Source: a virus (Duplodnaviria > Caudoviricetes). Taken from it: DNA of 64,000 bases. Under the pieces are notes generated by a model. That model had not been told where the DNA came from. It was given only the letters and a program-made list of their open reading frames with translations, and ran no database searches. Numbering within the stretch: position 1 is the first letter of the stretch; every line of letters starts with the position of its first letter. The position numbers and the translations under genes were made by a program. Shown piece after piece: positions 38,362 to 46,524 of this stretch. The DNA lies in IMG/VR virus record IMGVR_UViG_3300020050_009209; one strand, 5' to 3'.

Positions 38362-38541
38362 ATCTACAAACTACACCGCTGGGGAGGGCATGCACTTAAA
38401 ATTTGAACTCACCTCCAAGATGAGGTACAAGTCAGGCTCTTAATTTTCGGACTGCACTTAGACTAACAAACCTATTGGTAGCTAGTCGACCACTAATCTG
38501 GCCGACTTTTACTGCTACCTTAACTCGAAAGGGATACTGTT

Positions 38542-39192
38542 TTGGATATCGTAATTGCTTGGATCGTGGCCCTCATTATCTCCTCTGCCCCTCCTGGACG
38601 TACTCAGTACTTCCCGGACGCAAAGGAAACTGAGGCTGAGACCCTTACGCGGTACAATGAGATTGCTAGAGACGTCATGGAGGTGGTCTATGACCGAAAT
38701 GAACGTCCTCTTTTTTCTGGCCCTTACGGCAGAGCTAACACTGTAACCGTAGTACTTGCTGTAATGACCTACGAGTCCCATTTCCGCAAGGATGTGGACC
38801 TAGGTGTAGGTAAGTTCTCGAAGGGTGACGGCGGGAGGTCCTGGGGCCTCATGCAAGTCAACCTAGGTGCTGGCAGAATCGAATTGGTGACAGCTAGTCC
38901 AGGGTTTGCGTTCACCTCCGACCCTAACCGAGGGTGGAGTGGAGAGGACCTTGTTCGGGATCGAAAAAAGGGCGTGCGAGCTGGTCTTGCAATTCTGCGA
39001 TCCTCCTTTGCCTGCGGTAAGCCAGACCTTGAAAAACTGAACGCTTACGCTTCAGGTAAGTGTGATAGTGGTCAGGCTGAAAGCAAAACTAGAATGGGTC
39101 TAGCGTTGCTATGGCAAACTACTCGTAGACCGTCCTTCACAGATAATGATGTGTTGCGATGGCTTACACAACCAGTAAGGAGCCCCGAATGA
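38542..39192 (+). CDS. lysozyme/lytic transglycosylase-fold protein with N-terminal hydrophobic segment
   Basis: YESHF, SWGLMQV, AYASG. Confidence 0.7.
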   Translation: MDIVIAWIVALIISSAPPGRTQYFPDAKETEAETLTRYNEIARDVMEVVYDRNERPLFSGPYGRANTVTVVLAVMTYESHFRKDVDLGVGKFSKGDGGRSWGLMQVNLGAGRIELVTASPGFAFTSDPNRGWSGEDLVRDRKKGVRAGLAILRSSFACGKPDLEKLNAYASGKCDSGQAESKTRMGLALLWQTTRRPSFTDNDVLRWLTQPVRSPE

Positions 39193-39677
39193 CGACTCAC
39201 CTATCAAAGCATGAGATCAAGGACCTCAAAGAGCGAATCCACGCTACCAATGGTAATGGCGCAAATATCGGTAGAGCCAACGACTACCTGCTTCGCCTTA
39301 TCAATGAGGTAGAGGAACTCAGAGATCGCGTCTCACGTCCTCGCTCCCTATGTGGCGTACTGCGTGTAGGGGAAATGACTGTAAAGAAGGCCCCCAAAGT
39401 AGAAGAGACCTTGACGGTTGTTGAGGAGAAGGTGCAAGTAACTGAGCTTGTAGCTAATCTAATCGAAGTAGAGGTTCCAGTTCTTGAGGATTTCCCCATA
39501 GTGGCTTCTCAAAAGCCAGAGATTACGACAGTAGAAGTACCAGCTCCTGCGGATTTCGTCGTAGTGGCTCCTCAGGAGCCAGAGTCTCACTCAAGTGAAC
39601 CTCTTCCCGAGACTCCTGAGGTCCATGAAGAGCCTCAGGAGGAGGTACGAGGTAAGGGGAAGAAGAAGGGTAAGTAA
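39189..39677 (+). CDS. Glu/Pro/Val-rich hypothetical protein
   Basis: AGGAG SD before ATG 39189. Confidence 0.65.
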   Translation: MTTHLSKHEIKDLKERIHATNGNGANIGRANDYLLRLINEVEELRDRVSRPRSLCGVLRVGEMTVKKAPKVEETLTVVEEKVQVTELVANLIEVEVPVLEDFPIVASQKPEITTVEVPAPADFVVVAPQEPESHSSEPLPETPEVHEEPQEEVRGKGKKKGK

Positions 39678-39679
39678 CC

Positions 39680-40534
39680 CTATTCTTCTCGCTTGAGGGC
39701 CTCATCTAACAAGGCTTGCTTTGTTTTGGGGCCCACGACTCCATCTGGAGTTAGGTCGTGTGCTAGCTGAAATTGCTGAATGGCATTCTTGGTTTTTGGG
39801 CCAAGAATGCCATCGGCTGATCCTAGATCGAACCCCTCAGCTATCAGCTCTCGCTGCCATTGTGCAACGTCCTCAAAGTCAGCTAGGGTGAGCTTTGGCG
39901 GAGTCACACTAGGGTCGGAGAGTCCCATCACGTCCTCATAGGCAGTAGAGCCCATGAAGGCCTTGAATGAGGGTCGCATCCCATTCGCATAAGCACTAGC
40001 GTCAGCTGTAAAGTAGCCTTTAGCTCTAAGGCATACTGCAAACTCATCACAATCTCCGACGAGGACTCCCTTAGTCCACCCTTCAGCATAGCGCTTCTTC
40101 AAGAAGCGTACATGGTCTCTCATGGCCTCGTTCAAAGAAGCGAATGCCCGAAACCTAGTCTGAGGGTGTGGGGGCTTGAAGATAATCGAAACCCTCCCTG
40201 GACCTACAGCTTTCGCGTGGTCTTCGCTAGGATCTGCGACTGCCTCTCCGTTGGCAATCAACCGAGCAGCTTCTGCTGGGTTGAACCCTTCCCATACGCC
40301 ATTCAGGTACTGGTAGTCGTAGCCGTCTCCAGCTACTTTCTTGACGTTACCAATATTCCAGTTCCAGCACGCCCTGTTGCCAGTCTCGACCATGTATTGG
40401 GCCCAGAGGACTCCAATACTCGCCTTCGATGGAACTCCCTCTTCCACCAGGCTCCAAGCATCTACGACAGCTTGGACGTAGAGTTGTGGGGTTAGTTTTG
40501 TAGCAAGCTTAGGGACAAGTTGGTTGGACGCCAT
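39680..40534 (-). CDS. endolysin: GH73 glucosaminidase-like domain plus C-terminal peptidoglycan-binding domain
   Basis: VETG..WNWNIGN.K, FRAF, GYFTA..Y; DGILGPKT...FQ...DGVVGPKT. Confidence 0.85.
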   Translation of the reverse strand: MASNQLVPKLATKLTPQLYVQAVVDAWSLVEEGVPSKASIGVLWAQYMVETGNRACWNWNIGNVKKVAGDGYDYQYLNGVWEGFNPAEAARLIANGEAVADPSEDHAKAVGPGRVSIIFKPPHPQTRFRAFASLNEAMRDHVRFLKKRYAEGWTKGVLVGDCDEFAVCLRAKGYFTADASAYANGMRPSFKAFMGSTAYEDVMGLSDPSVTPPKLTLADFEDVAQWQRELIAEGFDLGSADGILGPKTKNAIQQFQLAHDLTPDGVVGPKTKQALLDEALKREE

Positions 40535-40560
40535 ACCAACTTGTCCCTATAAGAAGGTTA
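40510..40560 (-). promoter_or_regulatory. putative late promoter TAACCTTCTTAT plus a 15-bp hairpin enclosing the endolysin AUG
   Basis: TAGGGACAAGTTGGT (40510-40524) / ACCAACTTGTCCCTA (40535-40549). Confidence 0.75.
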
Positions 40561-40563
40561 GCT

Positions 40564-41268
40564 TTACCAGGTAACCTTAGACGCTAGCCCGCCTGCGAAC
40601 GGCTTCCCCGGTGTGGTCAAAGGGGTATCAGACGTTCTATCCAAGTAGTCTTTGATCACCTGAGGAATCCCCCCGCTAACCAAAGACTGAGCAGACCTCC
40701 TCAGGAAGTCGAAGTCCCCCTCCCCAACTTCAAGTGTAAGATCCACGGGTATCGTTGCCATCTCCACCTCAGAGCTGTGGGTATCGGCAGACTTGGGTAG
40801 GTCTAAACGTACGATCTTGATCGTGTGAGCCCCAATTCGCTTCAAGGCTTTGGCTTCATTGATGAACCGGGTATCTGGGATAAGAACCTGGGGAGTACCG
40901 TGGACCTCCTGAATGAGCATCTGAATCCAGAAGTCATCCTGGGCTCGCCTCACGTACTCAGTACCCAAATACTGAAGGACTTCTCGTGGATTGGTAGCCA
41001 CCTTACCAGCTGCTAGTAGAGGCAAACTTGACTCTTTGCGCATCTGCTCAAGATAGATATCCATCTCGATTGGCTGGCTGAGTGGGACCTCTTTGAAGTC
41101 TTGGTTGTATAGCTGGTCGTGCGTCAAGCCAAACACTCGACCTGCCATCTCCTTAAGCGACTTCGCGAAGTGGGTGATCTTGAAGTTCGGGTTAGCCTCC
41201 TGGACAAGCTTGGCAAACGTATCCTTCCCGTGCCCCTTGTTACCTAGAATCCCGTACACCTCTGACAT
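40564..41268 (-). CDS. deoxynucleoside monophosphate kinase
   Basis: GNKGHGKDT, FAKSLK, PREVLQYLGTE, DTRFINE, HSSE. Confidence 0.9.
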   Translation of the reverse strand: MSEVYGILGNKGHGKDTFAKLVQEANPNFKITHFAKSLKEMAGRVFGLTHDQLYNQDFKEVPLSQPIEMDIYLEQMRKESSLPLLAAGKVATNPREVLQYLGTEYVRRAQDDFWIQMLIQEVHGTPQVLIPDTRFINEAKALKRIGAHTIKIVRLDLPKSADTHSSEVEMATIPVDLTLEVGEGDFDFLRRSAQSLVSGGIPQVIKDYLDRTSDTPLTTPGKPFAGGLASKVTW

Positions 41269-41610
41269 TTACTTGGTCTCCAGTACTTGCTTGTAGATAG
41301 GCCCTAGTACCCTGGACACAGCGGTTCGGTAAGCCTCAACAATTGCTTGAACCGCACCGGCTAACGTTGAGTAACGAGTTTGGTCCAACGCATCATAGCC
41401 GACCTTTGATGTAGCTGCAACCTCATACTCCCTACCTATCTGAGTGATTGCAAAGCCATTCGTGTAGACACGAGGCTCACCCTCAGAGGGATCTGAAAGT
41501 GAGGTGCCCCCGTGAATTCGAAGTGGCTCTGAGCTAACCAATCTTGAGGCTAAACCAGCAGCTGCAAGCCGTCTAGCAGCCGCAAGCCGTTCTCGCATGG
41601 AGGGCGTCAT
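41269..41610 (-). CDS. hypothetical protein
   Basis: Operon context. Confidence 0.6.
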   Translation of the reverse strand: MTPSMRERLAAARRLAAAGLASRLVSSEPLRIHGGTSLSDPSEGEPRVYTNGFAITQIGREYEVAATSKVGYDALDQTRYSTLAGAVQAIVEAYRTAVSRVLGPIYKQVLETK

Positions 41611-43265
41611 TCAGTGCTCATTTCTATGGTTGCTAGGTCCTCTGGGATCTTACCGCTGGTGGCAAGTCCAGTGATTAGCCGATTGATCTGACTTCTCTTA
41701 GCCGCATCCAAAGGTCCAGCCCTACGAGGGCTTGGTAGCCGTAGAGTAAGGAACAAGGACTCGGTAAGTGTGAGTCTCATGGGAGTTGTGTCGAGCAGCT
41801 TCTTTGTTGCGGGGCCTATCCCGTAGAGGTCTGGTCCGAACTCCACAACATTGAGGTACAGTTCTAAGATCTGAAACTTGGAGAGGTGGCTCTCTAGGTC
41901 AATCGTTAGGAAGGCCTCTTGGACCTTTCGCCCAAGGGTCTTGGATCTCGCTAGCCATAGGTTTTTGGCGAGTTGCATGGTCAGAGTGCTTCCCCCACGC
42001 AAGGGCTTCTCTGCCTTCAGGTTAGCTGCAATAGACGACACCAAAGCCTCTCGGATAAAACCATGGTGCAGAAAGAAGGCTCCATCCTCCGTGGTCAGTA
42101 GCGCTGTAATTACGTTTGGGCTAACCTCTTGAAGAGAAACCCAGTCCTTTGTCTTGGATCCGGACATCCTACTCGTCTCACCGTTAGCTCCGACTTGGTA
42201 CTGAAAGGAGTCTTTTAGGCTAGCTACCGCAGGGGAGACGGTAGACTTACAACCCAGATTCCACCGTAGCTTAACCTCTGGCTTCAACTCTAGGTCAAAG
42301 TCAAAGTTTCCCGTATAGGTGGACCCAAGTAGCATAGGAGCTTTGAGTTCTGTGGGTAGCGCTGAGAACCAGGCGCTGCAAGTCTCCGCCCCCCACACCC
42401 TCCTTTTTTCGAGGTTGAAGTGAAGCGTTGCCGAGTCCACTCGAACTCTCTGATCAGAGCTAGCAAGTTTATCTAGGACTACTGGACCCACTTCGATTGA
42501 CTTGAATGTCGTAGGTAAGCAGTTGCCTTGGTGATCCGCGTGTAATTGCTTTGAGCACACTACGAGGGACTCCAACGTGCCGAGTATCCCCTCTGGAGTT
42601 TGCTCTACCTTCATACCTACGGCAGCTAACCCAGCCCCAAAGGCGCTCGTAGTAGTCGACCCTACTTTGAGGGTCTTATTCGCCAAGTGGGCCGTGACCT
42701 TTTGAAATGAGACCTTACCTAGGGTATGCCCCATCACTTGCCCTCTAGGAGTAAACTCCCCGCTATCTAGAAGTACTTGAGAGCCTGTCCGGGTGAGAGT
42801 CACACCCTTCGCGTCAAAGTCTCCTCTAGGGTGGTACCCACTAACCGTCTCAGCCACGACAGCTTGAGACCCAAAACGCACCCCACCTAGGGTCGCTAAA
42901 GACTCTTCGTACGTAGCGTAAACCTCCAGGTCTTCCCCAGTGACTAGATAACCGTCACTTTTCTCATCGCCTTTAGCTCCCTTTGGCTTCTGACTCAGAG
43001 CTATATTGATGCTACCACCCTGCAAGTGAACTTGCTTTGTGTCTCGCCACACATAGACCTTCGGGAAGCTACCCTTCACCCAGCCCCGATCAACTGTCAC
43101 GCCTGAGAGGAGAAGCCCCCCTCTCAGAGGAGCTACTATCTCCACTTTCGTGACGGTTACTCCTGTTTTCCCATTGAGGTAAGCTCGAATAGCAATGGGG
43201 GTCCCAAACCAAAATGCCACTAGGGTAATGGCAAGACCGATCAAGAAGGCGTACTTTTTAGTCAT
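41607..43265 (-). CDS. membrane-anchored biosynthetic peptidoglycan transglycosylase (GT51)
   Basis: N-terminal TM; EDGAFFLHHG, GGSTLTMQLAKN, RKVQE, KFQILELYLN..EFG; no transpeptidase domain. Confidence 0.9.
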   Translation of the reverse strand: MTKKYAFLIGLAITLVAFWFGTPIAIRAYLNGKTGVTVTKVEIVAPLRGGLLLSGVTVDRGWVKGSFPKVYVWRDTKQVHLQGGSINIALSQKPKGAKGDEKSDGYLVTGEDLEVYATYEESLATLGGVRFGSQAVVAETVSGYHPRGDFDAKGVTLTRTGSQVLLDSGEFTPRGQVMGHTLGKVSFQKVTAHLANKTLKVGSTTTSAFGAGLAAVGMKVEQTPEGILGTLESLVVCSKQLHADHQGNCLPTTFKSIEVGPVVLDKLASSDQRVRVDSATLHFNLEKRRVWGAETCSAWFSALPTELKAPMLLGSTYTGNFDFDLELKPEVKLRWNLGCKSTVSPAVASLKDSFQYQVGANGETSRMSGSKTKDWVSLQEVSPNVITALLTTEDGAFFLHHGFIREALVSSIAANLKAEKPLRGGSTLTMQLAKNLWLARSKTLGRKVQEAFLTIDLESHLSKFQILELYLNVVEFGPDLYGIGPATKKLLDTTPMRLTLTESLFLTLRLPSPRRAGPLDAAKRSQINRLITGLATSGKIPEDLATIEMSTE

Positions 43266-43771
43266 TACTCCCCAGTGCCATGTAAACGGGCTTCATCGTA
43301 ATCCTCAGTGCGGAACCCTACAACCGCAGCGAGCAAACGAGCAACAGCTGCCTGTTTTACAGCCTTGCTCTGGGTACCTGTGGCCCACCCATGGTAGAGT
43401 GTACCTCCAATATCCAAGACCACCTCAGTAGTGAATGTCAAGTTGTCTTCGGGTCCTGTGCGAGATGACTCGTACCTTGGGGTGGAGTTGGCTTTGTTTT
43501 GGCTATGTAGAGCTAGAACCTTTACTGCTACCTCGTGGCGATCCTGCAAGTACTTCACTGTGGCTAATTGAACAGGCCTCCACCCAAGCTCATACGCATC
43601 GAAGATTACCGTATGAAGGCACGGCAAGGAGACTCTATTCTCCGCCAACCTATGTAAATAAGCCTGGTGTAGCTCGGGTGGGAGGACATTGGTGGAATTT
43701 GCCCAAGATTGAACAACCCGCTCAAAGTCCTTTGCATTGAAGCCCTCAAGTTGTCGAAGGTCTAAGCTCAT
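43265..43771 (-). CDS. protein with C-terminal dsRBD-like domain
   Basis: PRYE...GP...FTTEV...GTQSKAVKQAAVARLL. Confidence 0.55.
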   Translation of the reverse strand: MSLDLRQLEGFNAKDFERVVQSWANSTNVLPPELHQAYLHRLAENRVSLPCLHTVIFDAYELGWRPVQLATVKYLQDRHEVAVKVLALHSQNKANSTPRYESSRTGPEDNLTFTTEVVLDIGGTLYHGWATGTQSKAVKQAAVARLLAAVVGFRTEDYDEARLHGTGE

Positions 43772-43785
43772 AGGTACCGATCCAT

Positions 43786-44010
43786 CTAGAGTAACCCAGA
43801 GTAGTAATCTGCCCACATATCATCCCAAAACTGATGATGGTCTATAGCACAATCTCTACATAATGGTATGGGGGCGTTAGGATCCGAGAGAGGTTCCTCG
43901 AAGATCCGCTCCATTCGCGTTTGGGGTACTGACTCGTAGCAGGTCCTAGAGGGCTCTAGCTCAACTTCGTCCTCCTCAGCTCCTTCAGTTTTACAGCAGC
44001 AACAAAGCAT
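43786..44010 (-). CDS. small zinc-binding protein with TRMERI tag variant
   Basis: CCCC...LCRDCA; QTRMERIF. Confidence 0.6.
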   Translation of the reverse strand: MLCCCCKTEGAEEDEVELEPSRTCYESVPQTRMERIFEEPLSDPNAPIPLCRDCAIDHHQFWDDMWADYYSGLL

Positions 44011-44095
44011 GCGCGTCACGCCCCACCAGGTAAGCAATGCCAGGTCCTAGGAGAACCGCTGCGATGAACACGAATGAAATGACTTTCTGATGCAT
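43991..44095 (-). CDS. 34-aa membrane peptide
   Basis: MHQKVISFVFIAAVLLGPGIAYLVGRDAHALLLL*; GGTGTA 11 nt upstream. Confidence 0.55.
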   Translation of the reverse strand: MHQKVISFVFIAAVLLGPGIAYLVGRDAHALLLL

Positions 44096-44112
44096 CTAGC
44101 CCCATCTACACC

Positions 44113-44162
44113 AAAAAGAGGTCCCACCGAAAGAAAAAAAAAGAGGTCCCACCGAAAGAAAA
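44113..44162 (+). repeat. 25-bp tandem duplication in a divergent promoter region
   Basis: AAAAAGAGGTCCCACCGAAAGAAAA x2. Confidence 0.9.
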
Positions 44163-44168
44163 AACGTG

Positions 44169-44196
44169 TTAAGGTTCGCGTTAAGGTGTACGTAAG
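44169..44196 (+). promoter_or_regulatory. TTAAGS-N16-CGTW putative promoter
   Basis: TTAAGG-16 nt-CGTAAG, 8 nt before ATG 44205. Confidence 0.6.
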
Positions 44197-44204
44197 GAGA
44201 GGGT

Positions 44205-44579
44205 ATGAACATCAATCCTACGACTTTGAAAGACGCTGGTTATCGAGGCCCCTACCCCCAGCCTATCCATGGGGATTTCTGCCGAGGCTTGTACCAGAAG
44301 ACCGTTCACGGTCAAGCTCATGGCGAGGTGAAGAAAAGCTACTTCATCAACGTCCTCATCTGGGAGTTCCCAAACCGCCCCCTTAGCGCGAGCGTGGACG
44401 TGGTATTCTCCCAAGAGGATGGCCTGACCTCGCGTGGAAGTGAGGGCCGTGATTGTTACACTTCGTTCAAGGTGGACCTTTACCTTGGCGGTGATACAAC
44501 CATCGAGCAAATGGAGGAGTTCTATGCGAAGCTCTACACGAAGCTTGAGTGTACTCCGGACATCCACAACAACGACTGA
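44205..44579 (+). CDS. hypothetical protein
   Basis: AAGGAG upstream. Confidence 0.7.
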   Translation: MNINPTTLKDAGYRGPYPQPIHGDFCRGLYQKTVHGQAHGEVKKSYFINVLIWEFPNRPLSASVDVVFSQEDGLTSRGSEGRDCYTSFKVDLYLGGDTTIEQMEEFYAKLYTKLECTPDIHNND

Positions 44580-44746
44580 AAACTCAATGAAACTCACTTT
44601 CCTCGACTATGACCAGGCCCGTGCATGGATGGAGAAAACTCAATGAAACTCACTTTCCTCGACTATGACCAGGCCCGTGCATGGATGGAGAAAACTCAAT
44701 GAAACCCACTTTCCTCGACTATGACCAGGCCCGTGCATGGATGGAG
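44578..44746 (+). repeat. 56-bp tandem repeat x3 containing a start codon
   Basis: GAAAACTCAATGAAACTCACTTTCCTCGACTATGACCAGGCCCGTGCATGGATGGA; third copy has one substitution. Confidence 0.95.
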
Positions 44747-45079
44747 CAGAAGGCAAAAGAACACGGTGGGCTCAAAGCGTTCTCAGCAACTTCGGAATAC
44801 AAGCAGGTGTATCCCGAGATCGAGGCTATCTACAAAAAAGAGACCCTAGCTGCAAGTACAAAAGCTCTACAAAAGGCCGGTCTTGAGTACGGGGAAGAGG
44901 TAACTTACTCGCAACTCAACCTGCTGTTGGGGGGCGTGATTACTGCCAAGGGGAAGCTTGTAGAACGGCGTGGGAAGCCATACGTGAAGCTAGACCCACC
45001 TGTGCTGGGTCGAAAAGAAGTTCGTTGGCACTCAGGCTTCGTTCGCGTCGCGTACAGTTACGACAGAGGCGGCACATGA
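44699..45079 (+). CDS. hypothetical protein
   Basis: Starts at the ATG of the third repeat copy. Confidence 0.7.
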   Translation: MKPTFLDYDQARAWMEQKAKEHGGLKAFSATSEYKQVYPEIEAIYKKETLAASTKALQKAGLEYGEEVTYSQLNLLLGGVITAKGKLVERRGKPYVKLDPPVLGRKEVRWHSGFVRVAYSYDRGGT

Positions 45080-45697
45080 CTCAAATTACAAGATTCAGGG
45101 ACATACCACCCTACACTAAGAGCCCAACCCTACACCGTGAATGTAGGGTTGGGTTACTTGGTGGCGCACTATACCATGTGTGTAACCGAGTGGGGTCTGG
45201 ACGTGGCCCCAGACTTCCAGAGGGCTTACGTTTGGACTGATCGTCAGAAAGTCAGTTTCGTGGAGTACTTCCTCCGAGGTGGTTCCTCTGGGGTAGACAT
45301 CTACACGAACTGCCCTACCTGGAATTCCATGGTACCTCCACTGGATCCCAAGTCATGGTTCGTCCTTGTCGATGGGAAGCAGCGACTTGACGCATTGCTA
45401 GGGTTCCTTAACAACGAATTCCAAGTGTTCGGAGGAAGCTACTTCCGAGATTTCACGGACAAGCCAAGGATTACGTCCGCTAACCTTAGGTGGCATGTAA
45501 ATGACCTGAAGACTCGTGAAGAGTGCCTTCAGTGGTATCTGGACTTGAATAGTGGAGGTACTGTCCACACTCAAGAAGACTTGGATGTCGTGAGAAACCT
45601 CCTAGCTAACCAGGTACCTTACGTAAGGCCTGAGTACAGCACTATACTAGAGCATGCTCGGCTGAATCGTGAGGCCTTTCGGGGTCAGGGAAAGTGA
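45076..45697 (+). CDS. DUF262/GmrS ParB-like protein, apparent 1-nt frameshift near 45128-45130
   Basis: PDFQRAYVW, VDGKQRL, LNSGGT; ATGA-coupled N-terminus MTQITRFRDIPPYTKSP is in a different frame. Confidence 0.75.
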
Positions 45698-46368
45698 TCA
45701 CAGGAGCTGACACCTTAATGAGGGAGGTCTTGAAGTTGGAGTACTTCCAACCCACCTCATCCGGAGTTACCCCTATTCCGACCTACTGGAAGCCTGGAAC
45801 AGGTAATACAGTAGTCGTAGTAGGGGAAAACGCGTCCGGTAAGAGCTTTCTACGTCGTGTGATTGCTTACCTCTGTCAGCAGTCCAACCTAGAGTGCATT
45901 CATACCAGCATGCAAGAGCGCGTTCAGTCCACCGGGCTGAAGCGTATCATGGTCTATGGGGAAGAGACTGAGAGTGCAACGGGCTACAACTCAGCAAACC
46001 TCATCCAAGGCAGCATGCGAACCTGTCAATCTCGGGAAACTCCTCACGTTATGGTGTGGGATGAGCCTGAGCTTGGACTGTCAGATAACAGTGTAACTGG
46101 AGTAGGGTTAGCACTGCGAGACTTCCTCAGTACCCCTCCAGCTCACACCTTAGCTCAAGTTATCATTACGCACTCTAGAGTCCTGGTACAGGAGCTTCTA
46201 GACCTTGACCCGCACTACCTTCACCTTGGCAGTGAAAGTCCCCCCAAGAGTCTCCTGGAGTGGATGAGAGCCCCTATTACCCCTCGTAGTATCTCTGACA
46301 TCCTGCTTGCAGGGAAAGGTCGTTACCGTCTCGTTGAAGATGTACTCAGGGCAAGGAGAGGGAAATGA
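45694..46368 (+). CDS. small ABC-type ATPase (AAA_21-like)
   Basis: GENASGKS, VWDEPELGL, ITHS. Confidence 0.8.
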   Translation: MITGADTLMREVLKLEYFQPTSSGVTPIPTYWKPGTGNTVVVVGENASGKSFLRRVIAYLCQQSNLECIHTSMQERVQSTGLKRIMVYGEETESATGYNSANLIQGSMRTCQSRETPHVMVWDEPELGLSDNSVTGVGLALRDFLSTPPAHTLAQVIITHSRVLVQELLDLDPHYLHLGSESPPKSLLEWMRAPITPRSISDILLAGKGRYRLVEDVLRARRGK

Positions 46369-46524
46369 CTGGCGATGAGATTTACAATGAAGTAGTCAGG
46401 GGTGGCTCCAATCAAAGAGAGCCCCCGAATCCTCCATTGAGGAGTTTGCCAATTCTGGTGGCTACTTTGATGCTTTTGGGGTATACGCTGGTCAACCCGA
46501 CTTGACCGAAACCAAGAGGCACAG

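Noticed and set aside
44578-44746. Possible CRISPR array
   Set aside because: Units abut head to tail with no unique spacers, and no cas genes are nearby.
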